Origin: Felis catus
Lineage: Eukaryota
Length of the DNA stretch: 64,000 bases
Assembly (NCBI RefSeq): GCF_018350175.1
Contig: NC_058383.1
Coordinates: 4,776,001-4,840,000, forward strand
Direction of reading: 5' to 3'
How positions within the stretch are numbered: position 1 is the stretch's first letter; each line of letters begins with the position of its first letter. Both the position numbers and the translations under genes were made by a program. Below the pieces are notes generated by a model. It did no database searches and was not told the origin of the DNA. It saw only the letters and a list, made by a program, of their open reading frames with translations. This document shows positions 21,769 to 33,700 of this stretch, piece by piece.

Positions 21769-24700
21769 CTGCAAATACAAGGACAAGGGTTAGGTGTGCG
21801 GCGGCTGGGCGGGCCTGTCCACTCGTGGATGTGCTGCGGCCGGGAAGGACAGAAGGCCTGGATCGGCGGTGGCCTCGCGCGAGCGCCAGGAGGGGCACCA
21901 GCTGCAGGTCCAGAGCCTGCACGTTTCCAGGCATGGAGATCTGTGAACACGCGTTGCATGGGGGCGGCTTGTGGCTGGGGAACAGTGGCAGGAGAAGTGA
22001 CCTGGAGGTGGCAGGATTGAGACGGAGACCCCCCCCCCCCACGCCCCCCCCCAGCAGAGAGGATCCTGGGGCATCGCATCGGAGAAACCACAAGGCGGCG
22101 CTGGAGGCGGGGCGGCGAGAAGGCTGCGGAGGAAGGGTCTGCACGAGGCTTGCAGTCCCCAGGAGCTCTGGGCACAGCCTCAGTGTCTGTGGCCTGGGGA
22201 CTCCCACATGTGGCTCAGCCCCAAGTGTACACTTAGGAGGATCGTGACCAAGGCCCGATGGCACGAAGGACAGCGGGCCACAGAGTCATGCGTAGTGACT
22301 GAGTCTCAGCTGAATTCCAAGCACAGCCACTAGAAAGCAGGTCTTTCATAGACTCCGCCCTAAATAGGGTAGGCCCCGCCCCCACGACGGCCCCGCCCCT
22401 GGGATGGCCCAGGCCGGGACCCAGCCCTTTCCCACCTTCAGGGGCCACCTCCGCCACCCCCACCAGGAGGCTCCAACCCTCCTGCTCATTTGCTCCTTCA
22501 CTCCAGGGTGACAGCCACACTCCAGCCCTACTCTGCATACCCCATCACTCCTTCCCCAACACCCTCCCGCCCACCACCGCCCCAAGCCCCAGGTGCCCCG
22601 CACCTTCTCCGCCCTGTGCTCTCCTCTCTGTGGTTCGGGACATCCATGGCCTGGGTCTCCCTCCTGGAATCCCCTTCAGTTTCCAGTGTTGGTCCCTTCT
22701 GGATCTCCCTGAAGAGTTCCCTCTGATCAGTCCTATCTTCGCCAGCCCCACATTCCCTCCCAGAGAGACCAGCAAAGATTGCTAACTTTCCCACATCAGG
22801 AGCTTCCAGGCCTTAGCCCGCCCACACCCTGCAGTTAGCACCAAATACCCAATCACCCACCCAGTTAACGCCGGAATCAGAGAAGCTTCTCCGGCCCTCT
22901 CCTCTTCAGGACGGAGGCCTCCTTCCCCAGCCTGGCCTCTCCCCTCTCTCCCCTCTCTCCCCTGGCCTCTGTGTGGGACAGACTGGCTCTGCTCTCGCTT
23001 TCCTAGCTACACCCCAAGGCCACGCCTCAACTGGGTTCTGTGTCTGCAGTGTCTACACCGGCCTCTCCACATCATCAACCATTCGCACTCAGGACTTCCT
23101 TGTCTCTCCCTCACACTGCCCTGCTGGGTCCAGGAGCAACCCCAGGCCACCCTGCCCTGGCTACTGTCAGCCAGCTACCTGGAGCTCTGACAGGTGGGGG
23201 CTAAGTCGTCTGCAGACTGACCGTCAGTGCTGCTCCCCCTGTCCACCCCCCGCCCCCCACCGGTATAAAGTCTGGTGCCCAGAGCCCACGGGAGGAGCTC
23301 AGAAAGTAAGCCGAGGTCAGGAAAAAAGCTGGTGCCTGGCCTGAAGCTCTTCTGAGCCCCTTTTCATTTATGTTACTATTTCTTTTATAACTCGGGGTGA
23401 GGAATTCAATCAAAATAAGCAAACAAATAAATCTAAGGAGGGTGTTACAGAGGCAAAATTTAGGTCATACATTCGTTTGAACCTGCATACTGTGCCCGAG
23501 ATAAAATGGGTTTCAAGAAGCTTCCAGTCTATTCAGAAAGACAACAGAAAAAAGACTATCACAAGTCAAAGAAAGTTTCCAAGTGACTACAAGTCCTCTG
23601 CGTGCATCGGTGCCAGGCTGCCCGTCCGGTAAGTGCCAGGAGGGCAGGGCCTAGCGCCGGCTGTTAAGTTCCACCGGGGTTCCAACGGGGACCTCTAGCG
23701 ATAATGCTGAGGTGACAAAGGATTTAAACCCTGTCATCATTTTAATGCCCTAAAAACATTAGATATGAAATAAGAGCTGTGCACAAAGAAGAGAAATACT
23801 ACAACGGGATTATTGGAAGAGGGGCAGAAAGATACCTATTTATACAAACAACGTCTTCAGACGCCAGGGAATTTTCCTACACCCAGGGGTGGGGGTGGGG
23901 GCAAGAAAGGAACAGTATGGGCTCTTGAGGGAAAGGTGGCCCTCTGGACAGCTGTCTCTGCTGTTGACAGAGTATCTCAAGCAGGACCGTTCTACTTCAC
24001 CAGGAGCCATCGCACTCCACCAATACGATACTCCGTTATACTCGGTTTTCGGATCTACCCAGACACCTGACGGAAGCCGCCCCTCGCTGCAGGGTCTGAC
24101 ACGGAGTCCCCAGCCACACACGGGGACGCAGACCTCAGGCTGCAACCACTCTCGCCATCAGCCCACGAGCTGGCCTTTGGCCGATCCCGGTTACTGGTCT
24201 GCCACATGCGCCCAGGCGCACCGGCCCTGGCGGCGATGGCGGGCCAGGCCCTGGGCAGCCGTGAGCACACGCGGCGGGCTCGCGCACCCTCCATCCACAC
24301 TGCCTGCCAACGCCAGCCCTGGAGCCCCGGCCCCTGACGGTCTAAAGAAAGAAGAGTGTTAGTAATAGTACCGGCTTCACTGACTGTTTTCTGTCCCTGT
24401 GCACACTACCCTGGTGGCCGGAGTTCTGCCTTCAACTGTAACATTTCCTCATCAGGACGCCACAATTACTCTTTTCAGTGGATACATAATTTCTGCCCTT
24501 CTGATGTATCACTACTAATTTACTACGGATTCCCATGCTTTGGGACTGTTAGGTTGCTTCCAACTTTTTGCTACTAGTGATGCTGTATTTGCATGAAACA
24601 TTTTTGCACCCTTGGCTTCTGCTTCTTAGAGTCAATGAAACTAATCACATCAAGCGACATGCCTACGTTTTGAGTATAACAGTAAGAGCAACAGCAGCTA

Positions 24701-27700
24701 ATACTTCTTAGATACTTGGTACACACCAAGGCCTGGTCCAAGCACTGAGTTTTTACTCTAATCTTCGCAAAAATCCTACCTCAGGGGCGGGGCAGGAGAG
24801 GTGAGGGGAGCAGACAAGAGGCAGGTACTGTTATTTTTTTGATTTTACATCAAAACAAGGCAGTGGGAGATAAGGAACTTGCCGAAGGTCATTCAGACGG
24901 CAAGCAGCGGCCTGGACTCTCCCCCAGAAGCTGTGACCACACAGCTCCCGCTCCTCACCTCTGTCATCACCACTACCCCCAAATCATGACAATAGCCACC
25001 ATTTACGGGCAGATTCCCACGAGCCAGGGACTCGGCCTGGAAGTTTACAAGCACCAACACATTTGATCCTTCCTCCAGCCCCGGGCACAGGCGAATTACC
25101 CGCCCCCTCCCCCGGCCAACTTTACAGAGGAGGAAACGGAGGCTCAGAAACAGGTGAAGGGATTGCCCGAGCAGCACAGAAAACCAGTTAGACCCATGCT
25201 CAGAACCCAGTCAGTGCCATCCATCGACAAGGCCTAACTGCCACGCTGTGCCCTAGGCCAGGGCTCTGAAGTGTTTCCCAGAGGGCTGCGCAACCCACAA
25301 TACCACCAACAACACGCGCATGGACGCCGGGAGTCACCACAAAACACGTGCGCTAATTTAAGCGAGCGGTAAAGGGCTCCGAGCTCGCTCAGGTTTCTTT
25401 TCTGGACTCCCAGGCAAGGTGACCGCATCTCCTCGAGTTGCTCTCTCACGTGGGTCATGCTATCTCACCCCCCACTTATCATCGGGTCCTTCGGCAGCTC
25501 CTTACACACGGAAGCCAGGAAGCTGGCTGTCCTGTCCAGGAAGCCAGGACAAGATGTCCAGCCCACCCCCGCCCAGCTAGAATTATTCGAGAGGGCACTT
25601 ACTTATTATGGGGCAGCCTGGAGCACAGGGTTCTCAGGTCATCTGAAATCAAGGAGACGCATGATCAGGAACAGACCGGAGACAACAAGGTGAAATGTTC
25701 ACTGAGTTCTTTTCAAGGACACCGGTAAGATAGCAATAGTGCCTGTACTGCCTTGTCCCATCACCACTCAGAAACTGCAGTCTCTCGGGGCGCCTGAGCG
25801 GCTCAGTTGATTAAGTGGCCAACTCATGGTTTCAGCTCAGGTCAATCTCCCGGCCTCGTGGGCTTGAGCCCTGCATCAGGCTCTGCGCTGGCAGCACAGA
25901 ACCCACTTGGGATTCTCTCTCTCTCCACTCTCTGCCCCTCCCCAACTCATGTGGTCTCTGTCTCTCTCAAAACAAACTTAAAAAAACAAAACAAAACAAA
26001 AAAAACCCTGCGTTCTCTCTTCCTTCAATTCTTGCTTTAACAATGAGGCCCCCAAAAGAGTACATGCCTCAGGAGAAGGGGCAGGTCTACTGGCAATGTG
26101 GCAGGTGGCTAGGAAAGGCTCCAGTGGCAAGGCTCTCACTGAGCAGAGCAGATGGCCCAGGTGTCCCAACAGTGCCGAGTGGGAAACGTTATCACGTGAG
26201 CGCCAGCTGGGGCCACAGGCCACTTCTGTAAGCCCACAGTCACTAAACAAGCACAAGTTCTACGAGACACTGGGAGAGGCCAGCACCGCAGTGGAGAATC
26301 AGGGACCTGGATGCAGGTGAAGGGAATGTTTTGCGCACTTGAACCTGTGCACCGTGGTAGGTAACGTATGCCTCAATAAAAAAAGGACGCAGGAAAAGAA
26401 AGGGTTCTCTGTGAGGAGAGACAGTGAGGGATCCTCCTCACTCCCAAAGGGTCCCTGCTCCTGGGCAAAGCGGCCAGGAGACACTCAGACATCACAGTCA
26501 GCGTTCTACCTGGGGAAGCTGTGCAACTTTGCCCTCGTCCCTCACGCTACGAGGAGAGAAGCTGTGAAGGGGCAGAGATCAGCACTGGTCCAGGAGTCCC
26601 TATTTTCCTTCCAGGAGGGCCCGGGCGAGGGAGTCCTCACCTCTCGTGCACAGCAGGGCTCCGGAGGCCATGGCCACCTGCAGGGCCTGCGCCAGCCGGT
26701 CCAGAGAGAGCTCGATCTCCTGGGAGGCGTTTAGGGGGTTCAGTTCATCCGCCAACCTGTTAATCTCCTCCACCAGTGGGACCATGTGGTCAAACAGGAC
26801 GAGCCCCAGGCGCCCATAAAGATTCTTCTCGGTTAAGTGCACCTGCAGCATCATGAGGACCTGGAGGACGTTGAGGTGGAGTTTCGAGTACAGGAGGTGG
26901 GGGTCTCTGTCCATCCCTCCCGAGTCCTTTGTAACTTTGGTGGCGACGTGCCCGTTGGACAAGGAGGGCTTCTTCTTCCGTTTATAAGCCAGAGGGGCCT
27001 TCACACACCAGCGGATCAATCCAGTGAGCGGCGTGAGCTCTAAAAATCCTATTGGGAGATTGGCGGCAATCGGGGTATTTAAAAAAGTGATGAGAATCAA
27101 CCTGGGGTCCTCAAAAATCCAGCTGACAATCATCTCGAGCAAGTCCAACGGTGGGATGAGGTCATCTGCCAACAAAGATGCCGTAAGTCAGGTGGGTGTG
27201 CGGCCCCAGTGACGTAAGTGGATGGCGGGAGACGGACCCCGAAGTGCACACAGCTCAGCAGCACCTGATGTTCACACTATGTGCTCCGCCTACCTATTTT
27301 CTGTCCCCTTTCCTAGAACGTCCCCTCTGTGAGGGCTGAGACTCTTGTCCTGGCCAATGTTTAGCCCCGGAGCCAGGACTGTCTGGCCACAGAGGGGTTC
27401 AAAAAAATATCTGTTAAATCAACACTTCCCTACAACTCTTCCAATGCTCTGAAGTTCATCTCATGGGTCAATGTAAATACATCTGCACACTCTTTATGTC
27501 CCAAACTACCGCCAACCCCCCATCCCTTCCCGGAGAGTAGCTTTTGTCTCCTGTGACGGCTACAGTGGCCTTCACAGAACAGTTCAGAGTGCGGTCTGTG
27601 GTCAGTCAGCTACCAAGAGCCATCCCAGCCCCAAATCTGGAATCTCTGTCTACGCAAAGCCTGACCTGCCATGACCCTGGAGACCCTGCACGTTCCATAG

Positions 27701-30700
27701 CCTAGACAGAGAAGAGCAATAAAAATAAATGTTGACATTCCTTCTGGTTTTGCGATGGGCCAGGCACTGTTCTAAATCTTTTACACAGATTAACTCACTC
27801 CTCAAACAAGCCACCTATTATAGAACGGATGAGGAAATTGAGGCATGACAATGTTAAGTCACTTCCCCAGGACTCACTAAAAGTATGAGGTCAGGGGCGC
27901 CTGGGTGGCTCAGTTGGTTTAAGTGTCCGACTCTGGCTCAGGACATGATCTTGTAGTTCATGAGTTGGAGCACCATGTCAGGCTCTGCGCTGACAGCTCG
28001 AAGCCTAGACCCTGCTTCGGATTCTGTGTCTCCCTCTCTCTCTGCCCATCTCACACACTGTCTCTTTCTCTCAAAAATAAATATACCTTAAAAAGTTAAA
28101 AAAAAAATGAGTATGGGGTGCCTGGGTGGCTCAGTCGGTTGAGCATCCGACTTTGGTTCAGGTCATGCTCTCACGGTTCGTGAGTTCGAGCCCCATGTCG
28201 GGCTCTGTGCTGACAGCTCAGAGCCTGGAGCCTACTTCGGATTCCGTGTCTCCCTCTCTCTCTGCCCCTAACCCACTTGCATTCTGTCTCTGTCTCTCCC
28301 AAAAATAAATAAACATTAAAAAAAAATTAAGTATCACAGACCAAGGATGATGAATAATCAAATTCTGTGTACCTGAGGTCCATAAAAAAAAAAAAAAAAG
28401 CTTTGGAGAGCCTGGGTGGCTCAGTCAGTCAAGCGTCTGACTTCAGCTCAGGTCATGATCTCAGTTTGTGAGTTCGAGCCCCGCATCAGGCTCTGTGCTG
28501 ACAGCTCAGAGCCTGGAGTCTGCTTCAGATTCTGTGTCTCCCTCTCTCTCTGCCCCTCCCCCACTCGCACACTCTGTCTTTCTCTCTCTCTCAAAAATAA
28601 ATAAATATTTTTTAAAAAGTTTTTAAGTATGAGGCCAGCCCAGATCTGGCTTCAGGTGGCCTGGCTCTTAACCAGCTGGCCGCACTGCCATCCTGGGGCT
28701 GGTGCACAAAGCCCTTGGGTCGTCTGCGAGCACGGGAGCGGGTGTCCGGCCTCCTGTCTCTGGGGCTGTCGAGCCCTCAGCTGGAGGAGCGCTAAAGATG
28801 ACAGAAGCCCGTCCAGGACGCTGAGGCCGGAGCCGAGCCTGAGACAGGAGAGCGTGGGGCGAGCGAGACACGTGTGCATGGAGGTCCAGCTGCTCTTTCT
28901 CAAGGGACCGGGGCCTTCTTCCCTGAGATCATGCCTTCTGCTCTGCAGTTAAACTGTGCCCTGCCCTTCCGTCATGAAATGTTGTCCGCAGCCTTTACTT
29001 GGCAAAATGTGTGGGGGGGGGGATGGGGGGGACCCTGTGTGTGGCCCCTTTATCACCCGAGAGGGAACGCCAATTTCACACCTTCTTGTCGGGCACGCCA
29101 CCCCTCCCGCCCGACACACACACACACACACACACACACACCTGCTGAGGCACCTCCGAGAGCCTGAGGGAGGTGTGTGTGCCCAGCGTGTGCAGTGTGT
29201 GTGTGGACTCGAGCGAACCATCCTACTCAGAGACCCAGCTTGTCTGCACCATCCGGGCAAGACAAGGTTCTGTCTCCTTAGGGGAGTTTCTTCCATCCTG
29301 TGGTCTGGAAGGCACAGACTCCCCAGGAAGGCTCCCAAGAGCAACAGCGGTCACCATTCTGACCGTGGACTCCAGGTCCATCCACCAGGGCCACCGCACC
29401 ACTGCTGTGTGCCCGGCGACCTCCCTATCTTCAGACTCACCAGGCTGTATACATTAGAGATGTACAGCTTTTTGTATGTCAATCATACCTTCATAAGACA
29501 GTTGTAAAAAAAAAAACAAAAATCACTGACATATCAGACTGGCAAACTGGCTTAAGAGAAAAACACCATGTCTCACGTCCATGCTACAACACTGGCGGTA
29601 TTCTCTGAACATTGCCTCCTTTTCCACGCTAATCTGTTCCCAGTGTTAAGGTCAATTTCCGTCCTTGATGGCGTGGAATCACCGATCAACCGGGAAGCTA
29701 CACAAAGGGTTGAATTAAATCTTTCCTATGGGAAAACTAAGGGCCCGACTACTGTTCCCAGCTATCCAACGCTCTGAGGAAGCCTCTGCAGGAGAGCGCC
29801 AGGGAGAATCCCACTCCAGCCGCAGGGCACCGCTCACAAGACCTGCCCTAGTCCCAGGGGCACGCTGCAGTGACAGAAAAGGCAGAAAGCGCATGTGACC
29901 ATGATACGCATGTCAACGTCCACACTACGTCCACGCGAGCTTTCTCAAGAGAACGGAAAAGCTGAACAGCAAGGGGGGCGGAAATAAAGGTCCAAGTATA
30001 TACTCAGGGTGCTGCTGGGCCGTACAGAAGCAGAAATGTCGTTGAAGGCTCTCCAGCTGCTGGTTTAGGCTTCAGACCAGAATGGGAGACTGTTGGTCGG
30101 CCCTCTGAGCAGCAAGAGCGGCGGGCAAAGGAGGAGGGACCTGAAGCAGAAAAGCAGGCTTTTCTGCAGAAAAACTGCTCACCAGGATGAGGTCCAAAAC
30201 TTTCCCATGTGGAAACCCAGGGCCGCAGCCTGTCCAGGGGCTCACATGAGCCATGGGGGTCACACAAGGACAGAGCCCTGTTTGCTCCACAAAGCCCTGT
30301 TTGTCAACCCGTGTTCCCCGGACGTCATCCCTGGGGAGGAAAGAAGGCAGCAGAGCCCAGTGAGTGTGGGTCTGAGACTCCCACTCCAGCTCAACCGGAG
30401 AGGTTGATACTGGTTTTCTCGATTTGGAGTCTGCAGAAAATGATTGGACCAGAGGGCCCTGACGCTGGGCGGGGACGGGGCACACGGGCTCCTCCCAGTT
30501 GAAGTCAAATGCCATCTACTGGCTGCCCGGAGAACTTCACCCGGCATCTCCCTGAGGAAGCCTCAGAAACCTCACAACAGAAGCCACACGCGAGCCTCCT
30601 CATGCAACAGGCTGAAAACACGTCACCACCTCGGTGTGACTGTTGCCAAAAATGTTGAACTCGAATCTTGCACAAGGAAACGACCAGATAAATCTAAATT

Positions 30701-33700
30701 GAGGGACATTCTGCAGAACAACAGGTCTGAGCTCTTCCAAAACATGAGTGTCGGGGGGCACCTGGGTGGCTCGGTCGGTTAAGCGTCCAACTTTGGCTCA
30801 GGTCATGATCTCGCAGTTTGTGAGTTCGAGCCCCACATCGGGCTGCGTGCTGACAGCTCAGAGCCTGGAGCCTGCTTCGGATTCTGTGCCTCCCTCTCTC
30901 TCTGCCCCTCCCCTGCTTGTACTCTGTCTCTCAAAAATGAATAAATGTTAAAAAAAAAAAAAAGTCAACGTCAAAGAGACTTTTTAAAATGCTTCATCTG
31001 TTCAAGATTTGAAAGGGCCAAAATGACGTAACAGCCATGTATAATGTATGATCCCTGATGGAATCCTGAATTCTCCGGACCTCTGGGAGGGACAGGGGAG
31101 AGGTTATTATTGAGATGATCAGGGAAATCTGGATATAGGCTATATAAGAGAAAATACTGTTCCCTCAATATTTAGTTTCTTAGGCGTGATAACAGTATCT
31201 TGGTTAAGTAAGGGGACGTTCTTGTTCCTGGGAGAAAGATACATGTTTAAGGACTTAGTACAAGACGTTAGTAACAAACCTTCAAAAGTTCAGGAAAAAA
31301 CAGTACTTGTGAGTGAGTATGAGAGAGGGGCAGAGAAAGAGAGGAAGAAAGGAGAGAAACATGGCAAATGTTAACAGGTGGTGAACCCAGGCGGGAGTCT
31401 TGCAACTTAGAATAATCTTGTAACTTTCCTGAAATTTTGTTATGTTTCAAAGTAACAGTGAGGGATAACGAAGCAAATCCTGCCTGGGGAGAAAGCCATG
31501 TCTTCCCCAGATATCTGACCCTAGCGTGTTTTAGGCCGTCTGCCCCTCGGGCCACTCCGAACCAGGCAAGAGGGAATGACTAAGGAAAGCTCCCTGCTAG
31601 CAAGTTCCAGAAGTCAGGGTGGCCCACTTCCTTCACTTTCAGCCAAAAATAAAACACACATTTCAGAAGAAAACAAACGAACAGACAAAAACGCCAAAGC
31701 ATTCACTAGACATTTTACCTGGGCGTTTGAGGGGACACGAAAGTGGCCAAGAACTGAACTTGTTGAGAGCAACAAGCTGTTTAAGGCTTACCTGACGACA
31801 GGTCATAGAGCGCAGTGACGGACGTGATGAACTGGCAGCAGAAGCGAGGGCTGGCACTGAAAATCTGCTTCAGCGTCTGCACGGATCCGGGCACCAGACA
31901 GCAGTAGTCGTCCACCAGGGCCCTGGCTAACCTCACGCAGTAGACCACCGGCGTCCGCTGGGAAGAAGCCACAGTCCACGTGACTACAGGTGTCGTGAGC
32001 TGGGAGGCTACAACCACCTACACACGGGGAAGACCCCCCCAGAACGGGCACACCCACTTCCCAGAGGAGATAGAGATGTTCACAGCTAATTCCGAAGCAG
32101 GGCTTGGCAAGCAAAAGCCCACGGACCAAATCCATCCCGGTTTTTGTAAGTCAGAGACGAGTATCTGCTCATCTGCTTGCCTGTTGTGTAAGGCAGCTCC
32201 TATGCTACCAGGACAGAGTTGAGTGGTTGCGAAACACTCTGCATGATCCGCAGAGCCTCAACTATTTCCTGTCTTGCCCTTTACACAAAAGGCCTGCTGA
32301 CCCCTGCTTTGAAGTGCAGTTAGTAAAGATCACCTCGGACTTCAGAGGAGGAAATGACAACTTTTGGGACCTGACAGGTAAGACTCCAAAGGCAGAAATG
32401 AACGGTGGCTAGCACTTTGAAGAGCTTGAGGAGAGTTTGTGAGCTACCATGTGATTTAGAGCAGTGCTTTCTCACTTTCTCTTACAATCCTATCCTTATG
32501 GGTTCCCGTGATTCTTTCAAATCCTGTATCACCAGCCTCTCCCGCCTTTTTCCTTCCCACTCAGAGGCCGATGCGTAGCTAGGGCCACATTCAACAGCTG
32601 CTCAGGATGTTCTAGGTCCAAGGGCCAACTGTGGCCTACAGGGGAAACTCCAAGGAGAGAGCGTGCCAGGTTGTTCCCTCAGGCTGAAATTTGCCCCCAC
32701 AACCTCAAACCAGCCAACCCTACCTTCCCTAGCAGGGAGGGGTAGCCACTCACCCCTGGGGGTGGAGGGTTGGTGGCGGTGACAATCCCTGACTCAAGCC
32801 ACCAAGACCCTGCCATTGACATCTGCTTTTATTTTGCCAAAAAGCCAGCACAATAGCATCCGGAGAGATAAATGGGAAATTATGTAATGAATTACAGGGG
32901 GCTAAGCCTGACTTCACTAAGTTACCGAGGGATAGAGGTAATTGTGAGATTAAATACAGCACACACCATCAGTTCAGATTCCCCAGAAGTCAGACTGGTG
33001 AGAATGAACGTATAGATTCCACTGAAGCTTACCTGTGTGCTACAGAGACCAATATATATGTTTCTAACCAAATTCTGAGGATAAACAGATTTCAAGCAAA
33101 ACATCTACATAAACTGGGGAGGGGGAAACAACCCCAAATGATTTCAAATACTTGAGAATTAAGCAGGTCTGTGAAACTGAACGTGGTAAATTCTGTTAGC
33201 TTAATAGCGAATCGTGTTAAGCAAAGTTCTGATTAATAATTACTCTAGGGGCACCTGGGTGGCTTAGTCAGTTAAGTGTCCAGCTTTGGCTCAGGTCATG
33301 ATCTCACGGTTCATGGGTTCAAGCCCCACATCAGGCTCTGTGCTGACAGCTCAGAGCCTTGGAGCCAGGTTTGGATTCTGTGTCTCCCTCTCTCCCTGCC
33401 CCTGCCCAGCTTGTGCTCTGTCTCTGCCTCTCAGAAACAAATAAATGTTAAAAGTTTTTTTAAATAATTACTCTAAGTAGATTATCAGTTTCTGAAAGAC
33501 TCTTGAGTAACAAAAGGCAAAACAAAATGAATCTTTCAAAGTACCAGCTAACACAAAATCTATTGTAAGTATACATCTTTTCCTTTGATATTTAAAAACG
33601 GCTCTTCTGTCCATATCCATTGGGAGAGCCATCATGTTTGCAATGTCACCCTGGAACAATGCAAAACAAGTTACGTGCTTACTGACCCAACTGTATTATT

